A stretch of 64,000 nt of DNA from Octopus bimaculoides. Taxonomy: Eukaryota. Location: the NCBI RefSeq assembly GCF_001194135.2, contig NC_068994.1:41230814-41294813 (forward strand). Direction: 5' to 3'. Numbering within the stretch: position 1 is the stretch's first letter; each line of letters opens with the position of its first letter. Below the pieces are notes generated by a model. That model searched no databases. It saw only the letters and a program-made list of their open reading frames with translations, and had not been told where the DNA came from. Positions 1 to 10,660 of this stretch are shown here, piece after piece. Made by a program: the position numbers and the translations under genes.

Positions 1-1249
1 ATACAAACACATGCACAAATGCATTTGCTATGTTTCGTCCATGTTTCACAAAGAGGATAATAATAAAAAAAATCTTGAAATGGGGTTATCAATTCCTCCA
101 TTACAACAGCAGATGTTCAATTTCAAATGGTTTTTCAGTCAAAATTAGATTTTCAAAATTAGATTTCAATGTATTGAAACAGTTTGTACATATTGATAAA
201 AACTAAAAATTTGTATCCAACTGACTGTGTTGATTTGATATTTTCTTGGATGTAAACATCATTGTCAAAATACCTTTCATTCTATATCAGAAAAAAATTT
301 AAAATGGGTTAATTATTGTCCCATGAACAGTAAATTTTAATGGTCGGCTTATCATGTTTTAGAAATCTCAGTATTTTATTTTTTATAAATGAACTATCAG
401 CATCCTGCAAAGAAATCTATTGAATTTTTTTTTTTATTTTTGCTTTTATTTTTATACATTTGCCAAGTATTCATTTATCTGTAAGTGTTACTTTTTTTTT
501 CATTCTATTCATTAGGTAATTATCAAAGAATTTTTATTTAAAAATCTGATCAAGGAAAAAGCTTTTGTATCATGAAATCTTCAAAAATCTGATCATTATA
601 GTTAACTTTGAATTATTATCTGAAATTTGCTTTCAGTAACAATATCAATTTTATCTTTATTTTGTGAAGTACAATTTTTGTTAATTCAACATCCAAGTGA
701 CATGAGAAAATTCAGAGGAAATCAAAGACATATTTGATTTATTCATTTTTTTTTTTTTTTTTAAATATGAAAGTAACATTTAATACCTCGATAAACTGCA
801 TCCAAGATACTTTGTAAAGTTTGCAATAAGACAGGCATCCTACCATAGAATCCATGCAAACAGTGAAACTTATGAGTGGAATATGGCTGCCACCCAATCT
901 GTCTTGGAGAGCAGTAACTCCAAATAAGAAATTACTCAGACTGTGATGACTCACCTAACCCATTCCGATAAGTAAAAGCAGGCGCAAAGTGATGACAATG
1001 ATGACAATGACAAATACTACAACAACAGCAATGATAGTGATGATAGTTGTAATGATGATGCTGGTTGTTGTTGTTGGTTTTGGTAGTGATCACCAATCTT
1101 TCTCCTCTTATCTCAGTGTTTCAGAGTTGGCCTTCAGTTCTTGTTAATACTTTCCTAAATCTCTACTATTCTCACCATTGTCCTGTTTTCCTACAAACAC
1201 ACACACACACATATGCACGCACACACGCACACACACACACACACACGTA

Positions 1250-1768
1250 TGCAAAGTGTCGATAAAGTCATGGGGCAATGCTACAAAATTACTTCATTCC
1301 TAAGCTTGAACAATTAGACCTAATAAAGAATGCAGTTTTTCAACAAGGTGGTGCACTTTGTCACTTTGCTCTGCAAATTAAGCAGTTTCGAAATGAGAAA
1401 TTCCCTAACAAATGGATTGGAAGAGGTCGACCGTTATTTTGGCCTCCATTAGATTTCTTTTTATGGGTACATGTGAAAAGTATTGTTCATTCCACTAAGC
1501 CTCGACCTTTAGAAGATTTGAAAACCAGGATAACTGATGCGATTGAAAATATCACTGAAAATCAGCAGGAAAATGTTTTTCTGAGAACTACAGAATCGTA
1601 ATTCTCTTTGTATTAGTAATGATGGTGGGCATGTTTTACAAAATTAAGAAGACCAATAAAAAAGTTTGATCATTTTTCTTTCTTATTCTTTTTACAGATT
1701 AATTCTATCATGTGTAGTTATGAAGATACAGTTATTTTAAATTGCACCATGACTTTATGGACACCCCA
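1250..1768 (+). mobile_element. Internally deleted Tc1/mariner-superfamily transposon (C-terminal transposase remnant with both TIRs)
   Basis: ORF 1278-1601 reads FQQGGALCHFA...WIGRG...WPPLDFFLWVHVK, a decayed form of FQQDGAPAH...WPPRSPDLxPLDFFLWG. Imperfect ~30-bp TIRs at 1250-1279 and 1741-1768 (gtgtc(g/c)ataaagtcatgg(g/t)gcaat). TA on both sides (1248-1249, 1769-1770). Confidence 0.9.
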
Positions 1769-1939
1769 TACACAGCCTTGGTTTTTATCTCATTATGAAA
1801 AGTAAATCCGTATNNNNNNNNNNNNNNNNNNNNNNNNNNNNNNNNNNNNNNNNNNNNNNNNNNNNNNNNNNNNNNNNNNNNNNNNNNNNNNNNNNNNNNN
1901 NNNNNNNNNNNNNNNNNNNNNNNNATATATATATATATA

Positions 1940-2237
1940 CAGTGGCAGGCTGGGTCTAAAGATATTGGTTGCCAGGAGACTAAGGGGGCCTACCCTCAAC
2001 TACAATGCTATCATTTATTTATTTGTTTTTATTTTGTTAAAAGTATTCTTCTCAACTGTCTACAAACACAGCCAGGCTGAAATAATTAATGCATTCTTCT
2101 AGTAGTGAATAAAAAATTCTCAAACTTGAGGGGATGTGCCCCTTAGATACTAACATGGGTCCCCCATATATGGATTCTAGTGGCACAGGGGCCCACTTGC
2201 CATCGGGCAAGCTGGCAACCTGGACAGTCTGCCACTG
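1940..2237. mobile_element. Non-autonomous DNA transposon (MITE), hAT-like termini
   Basis: Ends are cagtggcaggctg and cagtctgccactg (12/13 inverted match). Flanking 8-mers tatatata and tataaata match 7/8, compatible with an 8-bp TSD. No coding capacity. Confidence 0.7.
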
Positions 2238-3256
2238 TATAAATATATCAGAGTGACTTTAATATACTTAATACTTTTTATTGAGTTTATGTGTACATAA
2301 ATGCACACTCATAGTCTGTCATAAGTTGTTATTATGTGATAACATTGCAAAATAACTATTGAACTAAACTGTAATGGGCAATCGAATTTCTCTTAAAATT
2401 ATATTGTATTAAGTATATATGCACACATTTCATTCCTGAAATATGAGTTAGTTATATTACAGCACTGCTGAACATTTGTGACTCGTTAAGCAGACATATT
2501 TGACTTCAATATCAAATTTCAATTCCATGACAATGGAAGACAGAGTTCAGAAGTAATCCATCACTGAAGAGAATGATTAATATACTGCTTTACAAGTAGG
2601 AGAGTACAGGTTCAATTAATGTTGAACTAAGTGTCAGTTAGGACAGAAAAGAATGTTTCATCAGCTTTTATGAGCAACATTGTCAGGCTTCACATGCAAG
2701 GCTCACATCAAGTAAATATCAGCTAAACATCATTTGGCCCATTCTGAAGGATTTAAATTGATGTTGCTTCTCTCAAGACTAATACACTGAATGAAGACAG
2801 TTTTGGTTATTGAGTTTTGGTTGATGTTCTTAATTAATACAACTACTGGAATCGTTAGCCCGTTTGTACATTTAAAAAGAGTTAAGTAAGTAATATAAAG
2901 ATGTACATGAATACAAACAATAAAGAATAAATCAAATATTATATGACTTCATCTCATTCTTGGATTGCAAAGATGTGAAAGAACTTTCGATCAGAATTTT
3001 AATATATCTGTGTGTATTTATTTATACACATAAATACATATCAAGTTACAATATATGGATTTGACTAATCTAGTGGTACTTTTATAAAAAGCTCTTTAAT
3101 ATATCATTTTACAAAACACATAGAATATATAGTATGATACAAAATAAAACATAAGAAGCATATAAAATTATAAATAAAGAGAGAAATACGCTATAATAAA
3201 ATTTATTTTCCCATTGTATATTCATGGAATATATGTGTGTGTATATACACATATAC

Positions 3257-3300
<44 letters not shown>

Positions 3301-3763
3301 CTTCTCTCAAGACTAATATACATATATAAAGTAAACAACAGGTTATATGGTACACCGCATTGATAAATCGAAGGTAGGACAAAAAGAACATAACAAGTGG
3401 GATCGAACAAAACACAACATGGGGAAAAATAGATGATAAGATAAGCGGTAACATAGACAATAACATAGCATGAAGTAAACAGGACAGAAACAAGATACAT
3501 GGACCATTCACAGCAAATTTCTTGCTCAAAATTTTATACCATTAATTGCTTTGAAAAAATTTCTCCTTACTGTGAGAAAAAGAGACATGCCCAAAAACCG
3601 TTTGCAAAAGAGAATTACATAATACAAATATAAAAATCGAACCTACAGGAGACACCAAAAATGTATTGCAGAAACAGAAATTATCAATCCTAATTTTTGG
3701 TGGCTAATTAACATCATTACTGGAATGATTATAACATTTAATTATGTAAACAAAGGGCTAATG

Positions 3764-3994
3764 AGGAAAGCTGGCAGAATCATTAGAATACCTGACAAAA
3801 TGCTTTGTGACGTTTTGTCCATCATTATGTTCTGCCAAGGGTGACTTTGTCTTCCAATCTTTTTGAAATTGTTAAAATAAATTCTAGTTGAACACTGGGG
3901 TTGATAAAATACATACCAGTTGAACACTTGATTTCATGTAATCAACTTAACCCATCATCTGAAATTGCTGGCCTTTTGCTAAAATTTGAAACCA

Positions 3995-3995
<1 letters not shown>
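3764..3995 (+). mobile_element. SINE family A, decayed copy
   Basis: Has the family head agctggcagaatcattag and tail gctggccttttgctaaaatttgaaacc, shared with about ten other copies in the window. Confidence 0.75.
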
Positions 3996-4033
<38 letters not shown>

Positions 4034-4814
4034 ATTTTTGAAGTAAAATTTGTCATTACCTAACTTGCTTTAAAATGAACATAGACATTTTCGGACATGT
4101 CTTATTTCATTTGTAAAAGTTAGATTACTATTTGGTGAAAGCCACTGAATATTACATTTATTAAATGTAAATAAAAACTAGTAAGGCTGTAATGCTTTAG
4201 GAGTTTAAACCATTCTTGAAAAGTGTTTTTTTTTTTATTCACTATCCTTATTGGATAATATATCTCAACATAATGGGAACTATTCAAGTTTTTAAAATGC
4301 TAACCAGTTAAGAAATACTTTTCACCCTATCCACATCATTCTCCACCTTATTTCATTACTTCCACAGCAGAAACGTTAAGACTGAAATTATCCCCAAGTT
4401 CAGTCTCAGTAATCACAACTCAGAACATAAAGAATCAAAACAATTACTATAATTGTGCCTAAATCAGAAACTACTACTACTACTACCACCACCACCACCA
4501 TGAGCAACATCCTCAGGCTTCACATGCAAAATAAAATAGTTCTTACTCAGAGACCAGTGTCTTGAAACTAGAGTAGCTGGAAAAAGTATTCACTTAACAT
4601 CCGTTTTCCCATGGAAGCAAGGGCTGGATGGGAACATATTAGTGGCAGGGTTTTATGATCTGTTGCCCTTTCGTCAATTTTAATGTGTGAGTGATCAATT
4701 TTATGTAAAGTATCTCACAAACACATATTCCCTTAATATAAATTCATTTTCTAAGTATAATTAGTGTGAGATGATGTGACAAAGCTGAACATTTACTGAT
4801 ACAGTCAATCTTGC

Positions 4815-4965
4815 AGGTTTCTACATAGTTTCCATCCACCTAAATATATTCACAAGGCTTGGGACAATCCAAAGCTAAGATAAAGACACTCAGGATGCTA
4901 TATAGTGGAATTGAACCTGATACCACACTGTGGTGAAGTGAACTTCTTCATCGCATAGCCATGTC
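4815..4965 (-). mobile_element. SINE family B, decayed 5' fragment
   Basis: Similar to the reverse complement of the 25407-25788 head (cacaaggctt...gacact...gaacc...atagccatg). Confidence 0.55.
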
Positions 4966-6076
4966 AGTCTCCATCTACATGTGTGTGTAATTATAGTTAT
5001 AATCATTAATATAATTAATATAATATAATTATGAATGAATAGCATAGACAGCTATAATTATTACTGTACAGATAGCTATGCATATATGAGTATATACATA
5101 TATACATGTTTGAGTTTGTATTTGCAGATGTATTTGTTTGTATTGATATATTGATATTCATCTTTAATATTGTATGTGCTAACAGACATACGCATTTGAG
5201 AAGAGCTGTTTTATATCCCCACCACCATGTAAAACGTCTTTACTCCAAGAAATTCAAAATAATTATTTTCTATATTCTTTAACATTTTTCACAATTTCTT
5301 TCTTTCCTCTCGTTCTCTAATTTTAGCAAACTACATGTTTCAGTTTTTCCTCTTGCTTTTCAGTCCAATGTAGTTTCCTTCTCTGCAGATTTTTCTGTTG
5401 AATTGAATCATCTCAGTTTAAATGGTTCACATCTGGTCAACATCGATTATTTTTACACTCAGCAAGGCAGATTAAATTAGACAGCTGGTCTGAACTTTCT
5501 ACATATCTATCATGTTTCATCAATTTTTCAAATCTTATTGGGTTTTACCTTTTTTCCCAGCCCCGCTATTTCAGTGTGTAGCTTTTTAATAGCATTATGA
5601 ATTCAATTTTCTCTAATAGATGTCAAGGTATTTTCACCAGCTATTCAAGCTTATGTTACTTAAATTAAATAATGCTGATTTGCTTTGTGAATGCAGTTTT
5701 TACTGTTAGCAAGTAGTACCAGTCATCATTGTATGTTCAAGCAAGATAAAGAAGTTTGAACAATTTGTATCATGTAGCCAAGATATGCTGCCATTTGTTG
5801 TATGTATTCTATCTTCTACCATCCAACGTTTTGTCATGGCGAGATGCTGATTGGCTTTCAGAATATTTAGGAAATATTTTGCTTGTAGAATTTGTCTAAC
5901 ATATCTAGTGAGTCTGTGCTGTCACACAGTCTGGTAGGTTGTAACTGTGGTAGGTAGGTAGTTCTGTTCTTGAGGTAATAAACCTGACTGTAAGACACAA
6001 GAGAAGTCAGCTTTCAAAATACCAGCAAAAGTGTGCTGCAACGATGACTGCACTTGTATAGAGATGGGTCTGTTTC

Positions 6077-6510
6077 TTTTTTACCTCTGCCAAGGAAGAA
6101 GGTTATGTTTTCATGCCATTGGTTTGTCCGTCTGTCTGTCTGTGTTCAAAATANNNNNNNNNNGCCATTGGTTTGTCCGTCTGTCTGTCTGTGTTCAAAA
6201 TAACTCAAAAAGTTGTGAACGGTATTTGATGAAACTTGCAGGAAAAGTTGGGAATAACACAAGGAATAGATGAAGTTTTGGTAGTGATCCGTGAATTTTT
6301 ATGGATTCTTAAAGGATTTTTCATTTGTTATATTTACTTTACATGAAGTATTACAAAGTTACGTTCTTTGATTATCTCCCTTGAAAACACCTTCATCGTT
6401 TCCACTTAACCTATGGTGGCGTTGCTGTTTCCAAAGTTTATTTTCATTTCTCTATTAGTGATTTTACTCGTGTATCTATCTTAAAATGAGCCACTTCGCA
6501 GAGGTCTGCG
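6077..6510 (+). mobile_element. Helentron/DINE-1-like non-autonomous element (long copy)
   Basis: T-run then cctctgccaagg...ggttatgttttc, an internal (GTCT/GTCC)n tract, and a decayed 3' motif cttcgcagaggtctgcg at 6494-6510. Contains a 10-N gap with a duplicated flank. Confidence 0.6.
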
Positions 6511-6689
6511 GAGGATGACATGACAAGCCTTGACTATTGGGATCGATTCAAAAATCTCGGGCTTTGCTCCCTCAACTGCCGCTGTGAAACTAGCTTGCGG
6601 TTATCATTGATGTATTATAACTGCTTCAGATGATTCCTGTTTTTAAAGGGTTTTGCTTTTAAAAAATCATATGGCTGTGTTATTTTTTT

Positions 6690-6801
6690 TTTTAACCCTG
6701 CCAAGGAGGTTATGTTAGTTTGGGAAATTGGGCGATTTTCAGCATGTATGTATATGAGTGGAAATGAGCTGCTTGGTGGAGGTCTGCGCTCTCCGAGTGC
6801 T
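6690..6801 (+). mobile_element. Helentron/DINE-1-like non-autonomous element (short copy)
   Basis: Subterminal inverted repeats ccctgccaagg (6696-6706) and cttggtggagg (6772-6782), then a small hairpin gcgctc-tcc-gagtgc (6786-6800). T-rich 5' flank. Confidence 0.65.
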
Positions 6802-6924
6802 GCACATTTTGCCTGGCATACTAATGATTCTGCCAACTCACTGCCTTAAATGTTTGCTAAAAGGCAGACTAATTTAACTCAATTCAGTATGAGGAACTAG
6901 ATTCTAGAATGTTGACAATAGCCT

Positions 6925-7280
6925 TATTGTTGTTGTTGTTTTGTTATTGTTACTGGTAGCAATTGGGTGGTGGTAGAAGTGGCAGTGCTGGTGGTGCTGG
7001 TGCTGGTGCTGGTGCTGCCACTGTGGATGGTTGTGGCAGTGGTGGTGGTAGTAGTGATGATGATGATTATGTTGATGATGTTGCAGATGATGAGAATAAT
7101 AATGATGACGATGATGATGATGACAATGGGGGTGATGATGATGATAATCACAACAACAACGATGGTGATGATGATGATGATTATGCTGAGGGTGATGCTG
7201 GTAGTGGTAGTGGTGAAGTGATGATAATATTTATTGATAGTGATGATGATTGTGGTGGTGGTGATGATCATGATGAATGT
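6925..7280. repeat. Compound trinucleotide array (TTG/GGT/GAT)
   Basis: Degenerate triplet repeats that give homopolymer-rich ORFs in several frames. No splice context or start context. Confidence 0.85.
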
Positions 7281-7576
7281 CTTCAGTGTTGCCCCAATAA
7301 CCCATCAGTTTACAGAACATATTTCATTTTTCCAATACTCTATTTCTCTTGATAAATAATGTTTTTCTTTTTTGCCTTTCTCTTGTCCTGAATATTTTAT
7401 AAACCAGTGGTGTAAAGTAGTGGAGCAGTATACATAGTTAAATAGTCAACTGATGAAATCTATAATCCAGTTCATATTTTCACTTAGTTGTTTGGTGGTA
7501 GGTATCGGAAAATTTATATTTCACATTCATTATAAATATTTGAATTGGTATTTGTGTGTATGCATGAATATGTGTG

Positions 7577-7649
<73 letters not shown>

Positions 7650-7672
7650 ATATATAGGAGAGAGAGAGACAA

Positions 7673-7985
7673 TTATGTGGATAAACAAATTAAGTACATT
7701 AAACATATTAAATATAATAATTTGGGTATGAAATACAAAATATGTATATATGTATACATACAAAATGGGAGAAGGCAAAAGATGATGAATTCTTAAGTAT
7801 AAAAATATAGAATTTTATATAAATAGGTTCAATTTACACACAGTACAAGCAACAGAGAAAACTTTCTTTACCTTATGGAATCGATCCTCTCTAAAGACAT
7901 CAGAATCTACGTTTTGAATCTTTTGAGCACTACTAAATAAATGTCTTCTATATGGAGAACCTCTGGGCCTCATCTGTGGACTATA
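7673..7985. mobile_element. Rearranged copy of the dispersed element at 36694-37076 (internal inversion)
   Basis: 7673-7861 aligns directly with 36849-37076. 7862-7985 aligns with the reverse complement of 36694-36810. Confidence 0.75.
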
Positions 7986-8001
7986 TGTGTGTGTGGGTGT
8001 G

Positions 8002-8600
8002 TGTGTGTGTATACAGGGTGTGGTGAATAAACAGTCATGCTATGGTACCTCACTTCAGCTAGTGAATAAAACTAAGTAGGAAGTATCAGCAATCTCAGAA
8101 GCATTGCTGTACAGGGGACCGACCATACCCTTACGTATTTGAAGACTGAAATGCTAGATTGGGCAGAACCCATTATGGTCAATGACTAAGAAGGCATGAC
8201 AGCAAGTGTGCATCTAGGGCACATTCTTAACAGAATACAGACTTTTGGCCAGCCTCTATGGAAGAGGTTGGTAAAGGTAAGTAAATTTACCTTCTTGAGT
8301 CAAGCTGGCTCATAAGGGCCAGGTTCCCAGTTTCCATGGCATATAAATTTCTCACCTGGACAGGATGCTGGTACATCACAGGATTGCTCATTTTGCTAGC
8401 TCAGTGAACTGGAACAATGTAAAATAAAGTGTTTTGCTCAGGAACAACAATGTGTCAACTGGTCCAGGAATCGAAACCACAATCTTACAATCACGAGTCC
8501 AATGATTTAACAACTAAGTCATGCACCTCCACTATGGAAGGGATTGAGACCCCACCATGCACATTAGTGTACCCAAATGGAGATCTTTGATATCCAGCCT
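8002..8600 (+). mobile_element. Decayed Tc1/mariner remnant interrupted by a SINE
   Basis: Starts with TIR-like tacagggtgt after a TG/TA tract. Frameshifted translation gives YLTYLKTEMLDW, a decayed WQQD.AP.H-like stretch and DFWPASM. Split by SINE C at 8265-8532. Confidence 0.5.
8265..8532 (-). mobile_element. tRNA-headed SINE family C with 8-bp TSD
   Basis: Minus-strand head gtggaggtgcatgacttagttg (A-box-like) and ggtttcgattcc (B-box-like). Direct repeat tatggaag at 8257-8264 and 8533-8540. Confidence 0.85.
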
Positions 8601-8819
8601 GTTAGCACAATATATCAACATGCATCCTCTTTAAAAGAAAAGTGAACTGAGATTGCAAAATATGTCACAGTTAAAGTCATGTTTTTTAGGTGCTTTGATC
8701 AATGACTTTGAATAGAGAAGTTTACTAATAGAAGTGATAGATATGGCAAGTAAGGTACTATGCATCCAGTGTCTCAAGCCCTAAGATGCATAGAACTAAT
8801 TACCCAGTATCTTTAGTCT

Positions 8820-9010
8820 ATAAGTGATAAACATCACAACATTCCATTCGAACAGGATGACAGTCCATTGCAAGGTTATTCATTAAGAACATAAGAGCAA
8901 CAAGAAATGAAGTATTTTGCTGAAGAGCACAATGCAACATTCAACCCAGGTATTGAAACCCTGATCTTGCAATTGTGAATGTAACTCACTAACCACAAGG
9001 CTATGTGACC
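8820..9010 (-). mobile_element. SINE family C, decayed copy
   Basis: Similar to 8265-8532 (gaaatgaagtattttgctgaagagcacaatgc...taaccacaaggctatg). Confidence 0.6.
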
Positions 9011-9552
9011 ACACCAAATATAGTGAAGCTCAGCTCACTGAAATAATTTCCTTAGCTCTATTATGAAAGAATTTTCCTCTTCACAAATAGTTTGATTGTG
9101 AAGCAATGAGTGAGAGCCAAGAGTATCGATGTGATTAGGATCTGATAAGCTTGACTCTTGTCAACTTAACTGATTTCCTTGGAGATGTTGGGCACCATAA
9201 CAAAACATGGAAAGAGATAATATTTTCTACTTCATCTATTTTACCAAACAAAAGAAAACCTGTCATTGAATTCAAGTATTTCAGTTTCTTCTGTTAAAGG
9301 ATCACTTTTTATTGATGTTTGCAAGGTGTATTTTTCTTTCTTGCTGTTTTTTTTTTGTTTTTGTTTTGTTTTTTTGTTAAAGGACAAGAACTACAAAACT
9401 TTAGCTCAGAAGGCAATGAGATACTGACCAAAGAAAAGCATCCCACAAATAAATAAACAAATAAATAGATAAATAAAATTAAATTGGTCTTGACAAATAT
9501 CACTGAAGACAGATTGAACATCTTCCCCATGGAATATTTTACCTTTTATCTA

Positions 9553-10080
9553 TTATTTGTTTCAGCCATTTAAGCCAATCCACTGCCTTAAAGAATTCTA
9601 GTTGAAAGGATCAATTCCAGTATTTATCTTCTTTCAAGCTTGTGGGTACTTCTTCAATCAGTTACCAACACTAGTTGCCATGTGGTGGCATGGGACAAAC
9701 ACATACACACACACACACACACAACACACACACACCTACGACAGGCTTCTTTCAGTTTCTGTCTATCAAATCCACTCACAAAGCTTTCATTGACCTGAAA
9801 CTATTGTAGAAGACACTTGCCCAAGATGCCACATAATGGGACTGAACCCTGAATCATATGGTTGAGAAGCAAACTTCTAACTGTACGTCTGCACCTAGAA
9901 GATTCTGAGCCACCATGTTTAAAACTGTTTTATCATTTATCATTTACTTGTTTTCTAACATTGGACTGCAATCATGTTCAGTCACTGCCTTGAAGCATTT
10001 TAGTCAAACAAATCGATCCCAAGACTTATTTAATGCCTGGTTCTTATTCTATTGATCTGTATTGCAGAAGCACTAAGAAT
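9553..10080 (-). mobile_element. Two adjacent decayed SINE family B pieces
   Basis: 9553-9897 has the gacaggcttctttcagtttc...gaagacacttgcccaag core. 9935-10080 has the 3' tail motif (ttacttgtt...aaatcgatcccaagactt). Confidence 0.7.
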
Positions 10081-10314
10081 GCATGTTGTCAACTTTCTCC
10101 TTGTCCAAACATACATTTGTATGTGTGCATATTTAGTCATATACCTGCATAAATATGTATGCATATTTATGGATGGATGTATGTACAAGAGCATGACCTT
10201 TTCCTATTTCGTTTTCAATGAAATGAAATGCAGCGTGTACAATTTTCCTACTCACTGCATATTCTCTACATGTATATGAACATACATGTTGATTATATGG
10301 ATTTATTATATCAA

Positions 10315-10660
10315 AGTTGACAATGATGATGATGATGATGATGATGACGATGATGATAACAACAACGATGATGATGACAACAGTGATGACGACGACGATG
10401 ATGATGCTGATAATGACGATGATGACGATGATGATTGTGATGGTGGTGTTTGTGATAGTTGTGGTGGTGGTGCTGGTGGTGGTTATGATGGTGGGAGTAG
10501 TGATAATGATGCTGATAACAATGATGGTAATGATGATGGTGATGGTGACGGTGGTGATGGTGGTAATGATGATGGAAATAACGACGACAATGACGATGAT
10601 GATGATAATGTCACAAACACCAATGTGAGTAGTGATGTCGGTGTCAATGATGATGCATAT
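10315..10660. repeat. Compound (GAT/GAC/GGT)n array
   Basis: Source of the poly-Asp/Gly and poly-Met/Val ORFs at 10286-10690 and 10317-10628. Confidence 0.85.

Noticed and set aside
835-947. Apparent similarity between minus-strand segments at about 860-947 and 21070-21136 (NFLFGV...LGG versus HFIFGV...FGG)
   Set aside because: Only two short matching patches, with stops nearby in the shared frame. Cannot be separated from chance without an alignment statistic.
6114-6203. Direct repeat of about 40 bp around a 10-N gap
   Set aside because: An exact duplication on both sides of a placeholder gap is a typical contig-overlap artefact.
6924-7352. Poly-Asp/Gly, poly-Ile/Thr and poly-Met/Val ORFs (also at 10286-10690, 30526-30813, 41607-41887, 46456-46893)
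   Set aside because: Open in several frames and on both strands because they are triplet microsatellites. No splice, start or domain support.
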